Assembly: GCA_037190325.1 (NCBI GenBank)
Contig: JBBCIU010000023.1
Span: 29,560-93,559 of the forward strand
Direction of reading: 5' to 3'
Length of the DNA stretch: 64,000 bases
Source of the DNA: Verrucomicrobiales bacterium
GTDB lineage: Bacteria > Verrucomicrobiota > Verrucomicrobiia > Verrucomicrobiales > DEV007
A model generated the notes under the pieces. That model was not told where the DNA came from. It made no database searches and worked only from the letters and a program-made list of their open reading frames with translations. The position numbers and the translations under genes are program-made. Positions 1-9,176 of this stretch are shown here, in pieces; the stretch's first letter is position 1; the number at the start of each line of letters is the position of its first letter.

Positions 1-1
1 G

Positions 2-325
2 GTCTACTACGACCTCCTCGACTACCGCCGGAAGCACGAGATCGGGAACGCGGCCATCATCCGCCTCGAGCAGATCTATCCCTTCCATGCGGACAAGGTT
101 GTGGAGATCGCGGCCCGATATCCCAATGCGACGAAGTGGGTCTGGTGCCAGGAGGAGCCGCTCAACATGGGGGCGTGGACCTACGTCGGTCCGCGTCTGC
201 AGAAGCTGTCCGAGCTGCGCGTCCGCTACGCCGGCCGCGACACCGCCTCCAGCCCCTCCAGCGGATCGAAGGCGATCCACAAGAAGGAGCAGTACCGCCT
301 GCTCGAGGAGGCCTTCAGCAAATAA
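2..325 (+). CDS. sucA: 2-oxoglutarate dehydrogenase E1, C-terminal part (5' truncated by window)
   Basis: ...IRLEQIYPF...[15 protein letters not shown]...[15 protein letters not shown]-terminal E1o motifs; directly upstream of sucB. Confidence 0.93.
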   Translation, partial: VYYDLLDYRRKHEIGNAAIIRLEQIYPFHADKVVEIAARYPNATKWVWCQEEPLNMGAWTYVGPRLQKLSELRVRYAGRDTASSPSSGSKAIHKKEQYRLLEEAFSK

Positions 326-422
326 TCCTCTTCGCTCCGCGGAGAAGGGATCGTGGCGATTTTTCCGCGTGACTTTCTCCGCTCCCTTTCCATTTTCTCC
401 CTTCAGCAACGAGTCCTCAACT

Positions 423-1619
423 ATGGCGCACGAGATCAAGATTCCTTCCGTCGGCGAGTCCATCGCCTCGGCCACCCTGGGCACCTGGCACAAGGCCGAC
501 GGCGACTACGTCAAGGCGGGCGAGGTCATCCTGACGATCGAGACCGACAAGATCTCCACCGAGCTGGAGTCGGACCGCGACGGCATCCTCCGCCACTTGG
601 CCGCCGCCGGCGACGAGCTGGCCATCGGTGCCCCCGTGGCCGCTATCGAGGAGGGCAGTGCGCCTGCCGAAGCCGCTCCCGCGGCACCGGCCGCCGCGTC
701 GGAACCCGCTCCCTCCGCCGGCGCACCGGTGGAGGAAAGTGGCGTCAAGGCGACCCCTGTGGCCAGGAAGATCGCCGAAGGAGAGGGGATCGACCTCTCC
801 CGGGTCAGCGGAACCGGGGCCGGAGGCAAGATCACCAAGGCCGACGTCCTCGACGCCGCCTCGGCCGTTCCGGCGAAGACGGAGGAGAGCGTGGCGGCGG
901 CCCCCGCCGCGACCGGCGAGAAGCGCACGACGCGTCGGAAGATGTCGCCCCTGCGGAAGAAGATCGCGACCCATCTCGTCAACGCCCAGCACGAGGCGGC
1001 GATCCTGACCACCTTCAACGAATGCGACATGAGCGCGGTGATGGACCTGCGCAAGCGTCTCCAGGACGACTTCACGGCCCGCAACGGCGTGAAGCTCGGC
1101 TTCATGTCCTTCTTCATCAAGGCCGTCGTCGAGGCGCTCAAGTCCGTTCCGGCGGTGAACGCCCGCATCGAGGGCGACGAGATCGTCGAGCAGCATTTCT
1201 ACGACATCGGCGTGGCCGTAGGCACGGAGAAGGGGCTCATCGTTCCCGTCCTCCGCGACTGCGACCAGAAGAGCTTCGCCCAGATCGAGAAGGACATCGT
1301 CGACCATGCCGCGAAGGCGCGCGACGGCAAGGTGTCCCTGACCGACCTCCAGGGAGGCGTCTTCACGATCACGAATGGCGGGATCTACGGCTCGCTGCTC
1401 AGCACGCCCATTCTCAATCCTCCGCAGTCCGGCATCCTCGGGATGCACAGCATCCAGCAGCGCCCCGTCGCCGTGGACGGACAGGTCGTGATCCGGCCGA
1501 TGATGTATCTCGCCCTCAGCTACGACCACCGTCTCGTCGACGGCAAGGAGGCCGTCACCTTCCTCGTGCGGGTGAAGCAGTGCATCGAGAATCCCGAGCG
1601 CATCCTGCTGGGAGCGTGA
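423..1619 (+). CDS. sucB: Dihydrolipoyllysine succinyltransferase (E2o)
   Basis: Start [13 protein letters not shown] at 423; lipoyl motif ETDKIS; E3-binding ATPVARKIA; catalytic DHRLVDG. Confidence 0.96.
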   Translation: MAHEIKIPSVGESIASATLGTWHKADGDYVKAGEVILTIETDKISTELESDRDGILRHLAAAGDELAIGAPVAAIEEGSAPAEAAPAAPAAASEPAPSAGAPVEESGVKATPVARKIAEGEGIDLSRVSGTGAGGKITKADVLDAASAVPAKTEESVAAAPAATGEKRTTRRKMSPLRKKIATHLVNAQHEAAILTTFNECDMSAVMDLRKRLQDDFTARNGVKLGFMSFFIKAVVEALKSVPAVNARIEGDEIVEQHFYDIGVAVGTEKGLIVPVLRDCDQKSFAQIEKDIVDHAAKARDGKVSLTDLQGGVFTITNGGIYGSLLSTPILNPPQSGILGMHSIQQRPVAVDGQVVIRPMMYLALSYDHRLVDGKEAVTFLVRVKQCIENPERILLGA

Positions 1620-1872
1620 TCCAACCACGTGGGTCGCTCTGCGAAGGCAGGGCGGTCAGGGTTTTCCCGCATCATTCCTCCTTCGGTTCCAGAGCCCCGA
1701 AGGGGCGTTTCATAAGGCAGTGCCCGGTTTCGCCCGTTTCGCATCTGGATTGAGGACTGGTTGCCCGGAATCCTCTTCCGCGGGACGGCTTCCCCCGGCC
1801 TTGGACTGTTGCCGTGCATCAGGACGGACAATGGGAAGAGCGGACATCCCTGGATCTTCCGCGGAGTTGCGG

Positions 1873-1950
1873 TTTTAGCTAAGATTAATTTAATATCAAT
1901 AATTAAAAAATATTAAAATTTGAGAATTAAATTTAAGAAATTTAAAAATT
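1873..1950. promoter_or_regulatory. Extremely AT-rich tract upstream of LysM gene
   Basis: 7 G/C in 78 nt by hand count, in a window otherwise about 65-75% GC; function inferred. Confidence 0.45.
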
Positions 1951-1988
1951 CCGCCTTTCGGTAGCGACACGAAGTGGTAATTTTCCGC

Positions 1989-2765
1989 ATGTTCATAGGA
2001 TACCGATTGGCTGGAACGACGGGGATGGTTTCGATGGCCCTCTTCTCCGTGGGATGCCTCAGTTTGGGCAACAAGAACAAGGAGGCAGCCATCGACGCGC
2101 CGCCTCCGCCTCCGGCGGCCTATCCCGACACCTCGGGAGCGATGATGGCGGGTTCGTCGCCGGCCGCGCCGGGAGAGGTGCCGTCCGTGCCTTCCGCCGC
2201 GACGGTGGCAGCGACGAATCGGGCGCCGTCGGCTCCCCCTGCTCCTGTTCCGTTCTCCCTCCGCGAGGGGGAACAGCTCGTGTCCCATCAGATTCAACCG
2301 GGCGAAAATCTGTCCACCATCGCCGCGAAGTACAACACCAGCGTCGGGCGCATCCAATCGGCCAATGGCATGACCGATACGAGGATCTACGCAGGCAAGA
2401 CCCTTCAGGTTCCCACCTCGGCGCCTCCGACGGGCATGGGGCAGATGGCCCCGGCCGGCTCGCTGGCCCCCGCCCCGGTGGCTCCGGCCTACAGCGTCGC
2501 TCCTCCGGCCAATGGCTCCACCGGTGTCTATCCGTCGGTCACGGTCCCTCCGACGGTTCCCACGACCCCCAGCTATCCCGCGTCCTCGTCCGCTTCCGGA
2601 GCGATCGCTGCGCCCCCGGTTCCCTCGCCTGCGGCCGTGGTCCCTCCGGGTTATCCGGATCCGGCCTCGACGTCCTATCCGCGCACCAGCCCCACTCCGG
2701 CGACGACGGCGGGCAGTTTCCCGACGCCGAGCTTCGAAGCGAGTCGCATCCAGTTCTCGAACTGA
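1989..2765 (+). CDS. LysM-domain lipoprotein with Pro/Ala-rich linkers
   Basis: LysM HQIQPGENLSTIAAKYNTSVGRIQSANGMTDTRIYAGKTLQVP; lipobox-like FSVGC; start uncertain (1974/1989). Confidence 0.85.
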   Translation: MFIGYRLAGTTGMVSMALFSVGCLSLGNKNKEAAIDAPPPPPAAYPDTSGAMMAGSSPAAPGEVPSVPSAATVAATNRAPSAPPAPVPFSLREGEQLVSHQIQPGENLSTIAAKYNTSVGRIQSANGMTDTRIYAGKTLQVPTSAPPTGMGQMAPAGSLAPAPVAPAYSVAPPANGSTGVYPSVTVPPTVPTTPSYPASSSASGAIAAPPVPSPAAVVPPGYPDPASTSYPRTSPTPATTAGSFPTPSFEASRIQFSN

Positions 2766-2784
2766 GCCAAGCGCCGGTCGCGGG

Positions 2785-3276
2785 ATGAGCGAAGGACGGA
2801 TTTCCGTCGGCATCGTGACGGTCTCCGACCGCGCGGCGGTGGGCGGCTACGAGGACCGCGGCGGCCCGGCCTTGCGTGCCGTCTGCGCGGAATGGGGTTG
2901 GGAGGTGCTGGCCGAGGTCGTGGTGCCCGACGAGAGCGAGGCGATTCGGCGGACGATTCGCGCGCTTTCCGCCCAAGGCTGCGGACTGGTCCTCACGACG
3001 GGAGGGACCGGCATCGCCCTCCGCGACGTGACCCCGGAGGCGATCCGCGGGATCATGAGGGTCGAAATCCCCGGCTTCGGCGAGGCGATGCGGATGCGTT
3101 CGCTCGCCATCACGCCGAACGCGATCCTTTCCCGCAGCCTCGCGGCGATCGTCGACCGATCCCTCGTCGTCGCCTTGCCGGGCAAGCCAAGCGGCGCGGT
3201 GGAGTGCCTCGGCTTCGTGAAGGAGGCGATCCCGCATGCCGTGTACCTGGCACAAGGAGCCCCGACGTCCTGCTGA
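2785..3276 (+). CDS. mog: Molybdopterin adenylyltransferase, MogA/MoaB family
   Basis: VTVSDR...EDRGG; VVPDE; LTTGGTGIALRDVTPEA; LPGKP. Confidence 0.9.
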   Translation: MSEGRISVGIVTVSDRAAVGGYEDRGGPALRAVCAEWGWEVLAEVVVPDESEAIRRTIRALSAQGCGLVLTTGGTGIALRDVTPEAIRGIMRVEIPGFGEAMRMRSLAITPNAILSRSLAAIVDRSLVVALPGKPSGAVECLGFVKEAIPHAVYLAQGAPTSC

Positions 3277-3712
3277 AGCATCCTTGGGAAGGGATGGGGG
3301 CGGCAAGGGGTTGATTCAAGCCACTCCCGGCGTCGAGGGGGCACTCCACCCGATGCTCGGTGGCTGCTTCGATGAGAAAGCCAAGGTCTCCAACCGGGAG
3401 CGTCTCGGCCGCGGCGTCATGCGCGAGGGCGAGTTCGATGTCGGCTACACCATCCACACCCCGCTGACGACCATCGACCTGGCGCTGAAACCCTGTACGG
3501 TGCGGGTTGCGCTTTTTGCCGACGGGGCCCTCCGCGCCGTCAGTGGCTGGAGCCGTCGGCCCCGGCTGCCCAATTGCAATTGTGGCGCAAGTAGAGAAGC
3601 TCGTGGGAACTTCTCCCGTCGGGGGTTCTATGGGCGTCCGCCGAAGTTCTCACGAATTTCGCTACGGCTTCCGCAGGTTTCGACGCGAGTCGAATTGACC
3701 TTGGCGAATCGC

Positions 3713-5479
3713 TCAACCCGTCGTTTCCGGGCCCGGTTTCCGGCCGAGGAGCTGCCAGCAGGCGAGAAGGGCCGCGGCGAAGACGAGCACCCAGACGAAC
3801 CATGCCGGATCGCCCACGGTGTGGCGCTCGCGGATCGTTTGGGGAAGAGAGGCAAGTTCCGAGGAGGAGGCCGCTTCGGAGAAATCGGCTTCGCGGGTGT
3901 CGGCGAAGTTGGCGGCGGCGTCGAGGAGAAGGGTTCCGCCTTGGGTGATACGGAAAAAACCGGGATCGGCCGGTGCGCGGAACTGGCGAGCTTGGTTCAG
4001 GGGGAGGGGGCTGCGGGAGTTTTCCTCCGTCCGTTCGAGAGGAGGGGCGTTGGCTCCCTTTTCGAAGGCGAGAACAAGGGGTTGGCGCAGTTCGAGATTG
4101 CGGACTTCGGCCGCGATTTTTCCTTCCCGGACGAGGGCGGCGAAGCGATGCACGAGAACGACGAAGGCGGGCAGGCGGGGGGCGTTGGAATGGAGAACGT
4201 CGAAATTCACGACAAGCTGGCGGCGCTCTCCGTTCTCGCGCAGGAAGAGGAGGGGGCGTTCGCCCTGCCAGAGCAGTACGACGTCGCCTTCGGCCATCGG
4301 AACCGAGGGCGTGGAGCGCGCGATGAGTCCCTGCCAGTCGAGTTCGGCGACGAGAGGATGGTTCGCCGCGACGAGGGGCCCGGAAAGAAAACGGTGAGGT
4401 ACCTGCTCCTGGTTCAGGATGACGATGGAGACGGCGGGCGGCTCGGCCGGAGCGAGCGGATTGTAGGTCGCGAACCAGAGGTCGGGCGTCTCATCGGGAC
4501 CGGCCTGGACGGTGTTCTCGAGACTGCCGACGAGTTCCGCGACGAGGGCTTCGGCGTTCGGCGCGCCCGCGCGCGAGACGAGGAGGCGTTTTGGCGAAGG
4601 CTTCACGAGGAAGAGTCGGTCGTCGCGGGTGAAGCGGTCCGGTTCAAGGACGAGCGACGCGCGGTCCGCTCCTTCGGGGAATTCGCCTTGAAGGGTGACG
4701 GTCGCACCGGCTTCGAGGGCGACGGGACGCGCCTCGGTACGGCGGTTGCCGGAAGCGAGGTACCAGGTGCGGCGCTGCGGGCTGGCGGAGTAGTTGCGCA
4801 GCGTCGCCCGCCAGACGGCTTTGTCCTCGTCCTCGTCGACGCGGAGCCCGGCGAAGCCGACGTTGTCGATGGGGGAGCCGAGGGCGAGGCGGCGGGCGCC
4901 GAAGGGCAGGGGATCGCCGGGATGGTCGGTGGCGAAGATCAGGGTGCCGTCGATTCCGGCGAGACTGCGGCCGACGCGCAGGGCCTGCTCCGGCGAATGG
5001 CTGCCGGTGGCGGGACGCCAGGCGGAGAGGGCGTCGACCAGCTCGCCGAATTCGACGCCTCGGTAGAGATTGGCGCCGCTCGCGGAGGATTCGATGACGG
5101 TGTACTCGGTGGTGCCGGCGATGGAGGCGAGGGATGGGAGTTCGCGGCGGAGCGCCTCGTCGAGCTCCTCGCGGAAGGCCTCCATGGAGGCGGAATTGTC
5201 CAGGACGAGGACGAGGCGTTGCACGGAGCGCTCGCTCGTCCATCGCGGTTCGGCGAAGAGCCAGGCGAGGAGGAGCACGCCGAGGAGCTGGAGCCAGAGG
5301 GGAACCGAATTCCGCAGGCGGTCGAAGCGCCTTCCTTTCACGCTTTCGCGGTCGAGGTGTTCGAGGAGGAACAGAGTGCTGACAGGGACGCGCTTCGCCT
5401 CGCGCTGAAGGAAGTGGATCAGCAGGATGACAGGAATTCCGAGCAGAGCCCAAAGACCGGCTGGGTTGGCTAGGATCAT
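3713..5479 (-). CDS. BatA N-terminal domain + VWA membrane protein (MoxR module 1)
   Basis: NPAGLWALLGIPVILLIHF BatA start; MIDAS LDNSASM; C-terminal TM. Confidence 0.85.
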   Translation of the reverse strand: MILANPAGLWALLGIPVILLIHFLQREAKRVPVSTLFLLEHLDRESVKGRRFDRLRNSVPLWLQLLGVLLLAWLFAEPRWTSERSVQRLVLVLDNSASMEAFREELDEALRRELPSLASIAGTTEYTVIESSASGANLYRGVEFGELVDALSAWRPATGSHSPEQALRVGRSLAGIDGTLIFATDHPGDPLPFGARRLALGSPIDNVGFAGLRVDEDEDKAVWRATLRNYSASPQRRTWYLASGNRRTEARPVALEAGATVTLQGEFPEGADRASLVLEPDRFTRDDRLFLVKPSPKRLLVSRAGAPNAEALVAELVGSLENTVQAGPDETPDLWFATYNPLAPAEPPAVSIVILNQEQVPHRFLSGPLVAANHPLVAELDWQGLIARSTPSVPMAEGDVVLLWQGERPLLFLRENGERRQLVVNFDVLHSNAPRLPAFVVLVHRFAALVREGKIAAEVRNLELRQPLVLAFEKGANAPPLERTEENSRSPLPLNQARQFRAPADPGFFRITQGGTLLLDAAANFADTREADFSEAASSSELASLPQTIRERHTVGDPAWFVWVLVFAAALLACWQLLGRKPGPETTG

Positions 5480-5498
5480 GGTGGCCGCAGGCCACCGT

Positions 5499-5533
5499 TA
5501 AAGGTAAAAAGTGAAAAGTAAAAAGTAAAAGGT
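5499..5533. repeat. Five tandem heptamers, consensus-like aaaagt(a/g)/aaaggt
   Basis: taaaggt aaaaagt gaaaagt aaaaagt aaaaggt; related copies at 8049 and 61091. Confidence 0.8.
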
Positions 5534-5636
5534 GGGAACTCGAGCGATCCCGTGGCCGAATCGTCGCGAAAAGGGAGTGCCTGCGCTTCTCTCCAGCAAA
5601 TCGACGGTCGAAGAACCCTTTTCAAAAGCTAGGCGC

Positions 5637-6524
5637 TCAGGAGAAATGGATGGCGCCGGAAGGGATCGCTTCGAGTTTCAAGGCGGTTTCGAAGGGCGGG
5701 GCCGAGGGTACTTTGGCGAGGGGGATGCGGGTGCGCAGGGCGGCGGCCTTCCAACGGGAGAAATGCTCCTGGTAGGCGGTGGCGTAGCGCCGGAGGAGGC
5801 TCCCGTCCACGCGGCGCTGGTGCAGGGCACCGCTTTCGGTGTCGAGGAATTCGCAGTTTCCACCCCAGTCCGGCGCCGACTCGGAAAGGGAGAAGGGGGC
5901 GAGGACGATCGCGCGTCCCTGCCCGCGTCCCAGGGCACGGAGGAGGGGTTCGGGGCTGGCCGCGAAGAGCAGATCGCTGAGAAGGACGCGCAGGGAGCGG
6001 GCCCGCAGCGGGGCTTCGCCGAGGCTCGGCGGGGCCGAGGCCTCGGTGGGCGGGAGGTCGCGGGCGAGATCGCTCCAGCCGTGGTTGCGGATCGCCTCCC
6101 GTCCGACCGCCTTCCAGCGCCCACCTTTCAGCAGGATCAGGGAGGTGGAGGCTCCGGCGCGCTCTCCCGCGGCGAGGGCGAAATGAAGCAGTTCGACGGT
6201 GCGTCTCGCCTTTTCGTCGTCGGCGAACATCGATTCGGAGACGTCGAAGAGGATTTCGACGACGGGACGTACCTCCTCCCGGTAGAGCTTCAGCGAATAG
6301 TGGCCGGATCGTGCGTAGGCCTGCCAGTTGATGTGCCGAGGGTCGTCGCCGGGGACGTAGGAACGGTGGTCCTGGAAGTCGAGCGAGCTGCCGACGCCCG
6401 CTCCGGCGAACTCGCCCGCGCTGCCGCGCCAGTTCCGTTCGCGCAGGGGAAGGGTGAAGCGCTCGGCATGGGCTCGGGCCCGGGCCGCGATGGCGTTCAG
6501 GTCGACGGTGTCGGGGAGGGGCAC
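5637..6524 (-). CDS. DUF58 / VWA-like protein (MoxR module 1)
   Basis: GSSLDFQDHRSYVPGDDPRHINWQAYARS; MIDAS FDVSESM. Confidence 0.9.
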   Translation of the reverse strand: MPLPDTVDLNAIAARARAHAERFTLPLRERNWRGSAGEFAGAGVGSSLDFQDHRSYVPGDDPRHINWQAYARSGHYSLKLYREEVRPVVEILFDVSESMFADDEKARRTVELLHFALAAGERAGASTSLILLKGGRWKAVGREAIRNHGWSDLARDLPPTEASAPPSLGEAPLRARSLRVLLSDLLFAASPEPLLRALGRGQGRAIVLAPFSLSESAPDWGGNCEFLDTESGALHQRRVDGSLLRRYATAYQEHFSRWKAAALRTRIPLAKVPSAPPFETALKLEAIPSGAIHFS

Positions 6525-6536
6525 GATGGGTGGGGA

Positions 6537-6564
6537 AGTCCGGAATCCGAGGCTCGACCTCCGA
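6537..6564. repeat. Degenerate single arm of the aatccga heptamer element
   Basis: agtccgg aatccga ggctcga cctccga, compare 12082 aatccga aatccga agctcga agtccga. Confidence 0.55.
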
Positions 6565-6585
6565 AAGGGCTGCTGGGCGGGGGAG

Positions 6586-8031
6586 TCAGGAGGGTTTGAG
6601 ATGGCGGGTGAAATCCCGAACGGCCTCGCGCTGGCGGAGCAAGGGGACGGCGATGCCGAGGAGGAGGGTGAGGAGCGCGCAGGCGAGGTAGATATTTCTC
6701 AAGCTCGGGCTGGCTCCGCCGTTCTCGATCGCGACGAGGAGGACCGAGGGGATCGGAACGATCGCGTAGATGAGGTCGTCGTAGCGCGAGATGGCTGCGG
6801 CGAGGATGGAGACCATGACCGTGAGGACGGCGAGGCACCCCTGGACGAAGGCGTAGATGCCGAAGGTGAAACTGCCCGAGGCGTGCTTTGGGAAGAAGAG
6901 GTGGATGAAGATCAGGGGGAAGAGGAAGAGGTTGGCCATGGAGAGGAACAGGGTCAGGAGCTTGTCCGGTTCCGATTTCGGCAGGCCGTAGGAGGGGACC
7001 GTCAACGCGACGAGCGTTCCAGCCCAGATTCCGGCGCAGAGCAGGAAGAAGCAGATGCCGCTGAGCCAGCCGGGGGAGAGGAAGCAGGCGGCGAGGCGGA
7101 GAAAGGCGTTTTTCCGGAAAGGGGTCAGCACTCTGGCGAAGACCGGGAGCGGTTCGGTGAGCGCGTCGACGCAGGCGAATCCGAGGATGAGGCCGACGAC
7201 GACGAGCACGGACTCCTTCGAGCCGACCCAGGCGAAGCCGATGCAGAGGGCGGCGAATCCCAGGGCGACGAGGCGCTTTCGGGTCGCGTGGTTCTCCGAG
7301 AGCGGAGCGATGCGGCTGGCGCCGAAGGAGAGGAAGAAGAAGCAGCCGTAGAGCATCGCGAGAGCGGTGAGCCCCATCGTGGCGAAACGGTCGGAGGTGG
7401 CGAAGCTCGAGCGGAAGAGCATCGTCTGCATCATGGCGTAGAGGGAGACGAAGCCCAAGCCGAATCCGGCCACGAGCATCGCGCGGAGCACGAAATGCCG
7501 GAAAGCGGAGCAACCGACGGCGATGGCGCTGGCGAGGGCGGAGCCGAGGCCGAGGTAGAGGAGCGCGGCGAGATCGACGACGAAGTTCACATTGCCGAGG
7601 AAGTAGCGCATCACGAGGTAGGGAAGCACCCCGGTGAGGAAGAGCAGAGTCTGTGCGTTCAGGGCGGTCCACTTTCCGAGGGTGATGCGCCAGGCGTCGA
7701 GATTCGTCAACTGGATGAGATCCATCGTGTTGAGCGTGTATTCCGAACTCAGGGCGTTGAAACCGCGGAGGGGCTGCACGACGAGCAGGATCACGACGAT
7801 GAAGAACCAGAAGAAGCCGTCCACCGCCGAGGAGCCGGGATCGGCGACGCCGGCGAGGAGGCTGAGGACCATCACGGTCTGGAGAAGGATGAAGGCCGTC
7901 GAGAAGAGGTTGGTCCTCATTCCCTGGCGCAGCTCCTTGACCAGCATGGGGCTGAAGCGCGACGGGAAGTCGTGCATGCGCGAGGCGACGGAGGTCGCGT
8001 CGCCGGGCAGCGGTGGTGGGGAAGGAGTCAT
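6586..8031 (-). CDS. Multi-pass membrane protein, ABC-2 permease-like
   Basis: SPMLVKELRQGMR motif, SSEY...TMDLIQLT, many TM segments; next to ABC ATPase. Confidence 0.75.
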   Translation of the reverse strand: MTPSPPPLPGDATSVASRMHDFPSRFSPMLVKELRQGMRTNLFSTAFILLQTVMVLSLLAGVADPGSSAVDGFFWFFIVVILLVVQPLRGFNALSSEYTLNTMDLIQLTNLDAWRITLGKWTALNAQTLLFLTGVLPYLVMRYFLGNVNFVVDLAALLYLGLGSALASAIAVGCSAFRHFVLRAMLVAGFGLGFVSLYAMMQTMLFRSSFATSDRFATMGLTALAMLYGCFFFLSFGASRIAPLSENHATRKRLVALGFAALCIGFAWVGSKESVLVVVGLILGFACVDALTEPLPVFARVLTPFRKNAFLRLAACFLSPGWLSGICFFLLCAGIWAGTLVALTVPSYGLPKSEPDKLLTLFLSMANLFLFPLIFIHLFFPKHASGSFTFGIYAFVQGCLAVLTVMVSILAAAISRYDDLIYAIVPIPSVLLVAIENGGASPSLRNIYLACALLTLLLGIAVPLLRQREAVRDFTRHLKPS

Positions 8032-8048
8032 GGGTGAGGTGGCCCGCT

Positions 8049-8064
8049 GTAAAAGGTGAAAGGT
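8049..8064. repeat. Single arm of gtaaaaggtgaaaggt heptamer element
   Basis: gtaaaaggtgaaaggt matches 16/16 the reverse complement of part of the 61171-61192 arm. Confidence 0.65.
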
Positions 8065-8159
8065 GCGGAGCTCAGGCATCCCGCCTGGGCGGTGGGAAAG
8101 GTGGAAGCGGCGTTCCGCCGCGTTGGCTGGGGAGGATTGGGGAGAAAATACGTGGAGGT

Positions 8160-9176
8160 TCAACTGACGATCGGCATGCCGGCGGCTTCGAGTTCGCCGA
8201 GGATCTCGATGAAGGCGTCTTCGAGCTTGCGCTCGTGCAGGTGGAAATCGACGACGGGGAGGCCGTCGCCGACCATGCGGCGGAGGACCGTCGCGAGGAT
8301 CCCGGGTTCGGCCGAGTCGATCTCGATGCGTCCGCCTTCCTTCGTCGCCTCGCGGTAGGTGACGTGGGGAGCCAGGGCGGCCCATTCGGAGAGGCGCTCG
8401 GGGGAATGGGCGAGCCGGACCTCGACGAGGGAGGTCGCCGAGCTGCCGCGACGGAGACTTTCGGCGGAGCCGTGGTGGATGATCCGGCCTTGGTTGATGA
8501 AGAGGAGCGAGTCGCACATCTCGCCGAGTTCGGAGAGGATGTGCGAGCTGATGAAGACGGTCTTGCCCTCCTGCGCGAGGATGCGGATGAGGTGCTTCAG
8601 CTCGACGCGGGCCTTGGGATCGAGACCGGCGGCGGGCTCGTCGAGGATGAGGACGTCGGGATCGTGGAGGAGGGCGCGTCCGAGGCAGAGGCGCTGGCCC
8701 ATGCCCTTGCTGAGCGCGTCGATGAGGCGGTCGGCGAGTCCGGCTAGGTCGGTGAACTCCATCACCTCGGCAATCCGGGCGATGCGCTCGTCGCCGCGGT
8801 AGCCGAGGGAGCGGGCGAAGAAGTCGAGATACTCGAGCACCGTCATGTGGCTGTAAGTGCCGTAGTGGTCGGGCATCCAGCCGATGCGGCGGCGGACCTC
8901 GGCGGGGTGGGTGACGACGTTGTGGCCACAGACGAGGGCCTCGCCCGACGTGGGATGGTCGAGGGTCGCGAGGATGCGCATGGTCGTCGTCTTTCCCGCT
9001 CCGTTGGCGCCGACGAAGCCGACGACCTGGCCTCGTTCGACGGAAAAGGAGACGTCGCGCACGGCATGGACGCCGGGGAACCAGCGGGAGAGGTTCCGGA
9101 CCTCGATGGCAGGCGTCGGCGCCGTTGCGTCTGCGTTCGCGACGGGGGCGAGGTCGGCGGGGAGAGTGTCGGTCAT
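8160..9176 (-). CDS. ABC transporter ATP-binding protein (ABC-2 type)
   Basis: Walker A GANGAGKTT; signature LSKGMGQR; Walker B LILDEP; SSHIL. Confidence 0.93.
   Translation of the reverse strand: MTDTLPADLAPVANADATAPTPAIEVRNLSRWFPGVHAVRDVSFSVERGQVVGFVGANGAGKTTTMRILATLDHPTSGEALVCGHNVVTHPAEVRRRIGWMPDHYGTYSHMTVLEYLDFFARSLGYRGDERIARIAEVMEFTDLAGLADRLIDALSKGMGQRLCLGRALLHDPDVLILDEPAAGLDPKARVELKHLIRILAQEGKTVFISSHILSELGEMCDSLLFINQGRIIHHGSAESLRRGSSATSLVEVRLAHSPERLSEWAALAPHVTYREATKEGGRIEIDSAEPGILATVLRRMVGDGLPVVDFHLHERKLEDAFIEILGELEAAGMPIVS

Noticed and set aside
1694-1706. gccccgaaggggc mini-hairpin after sucB
   Set aside because: Too short, no T-run and single in the window; cannot be called a terminator or REP.
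3236-5473. 745-aa plus-strand ORF, and many similar long ORFs (e.g. 6454-8037, 16787-18943, 38642-41827, 50052-52910, 62117-63997)
   Set aside because: Antisense or off-frame shadows of real genes; stop codons are rare in high-GC DNA and the translations carry no family motifs.
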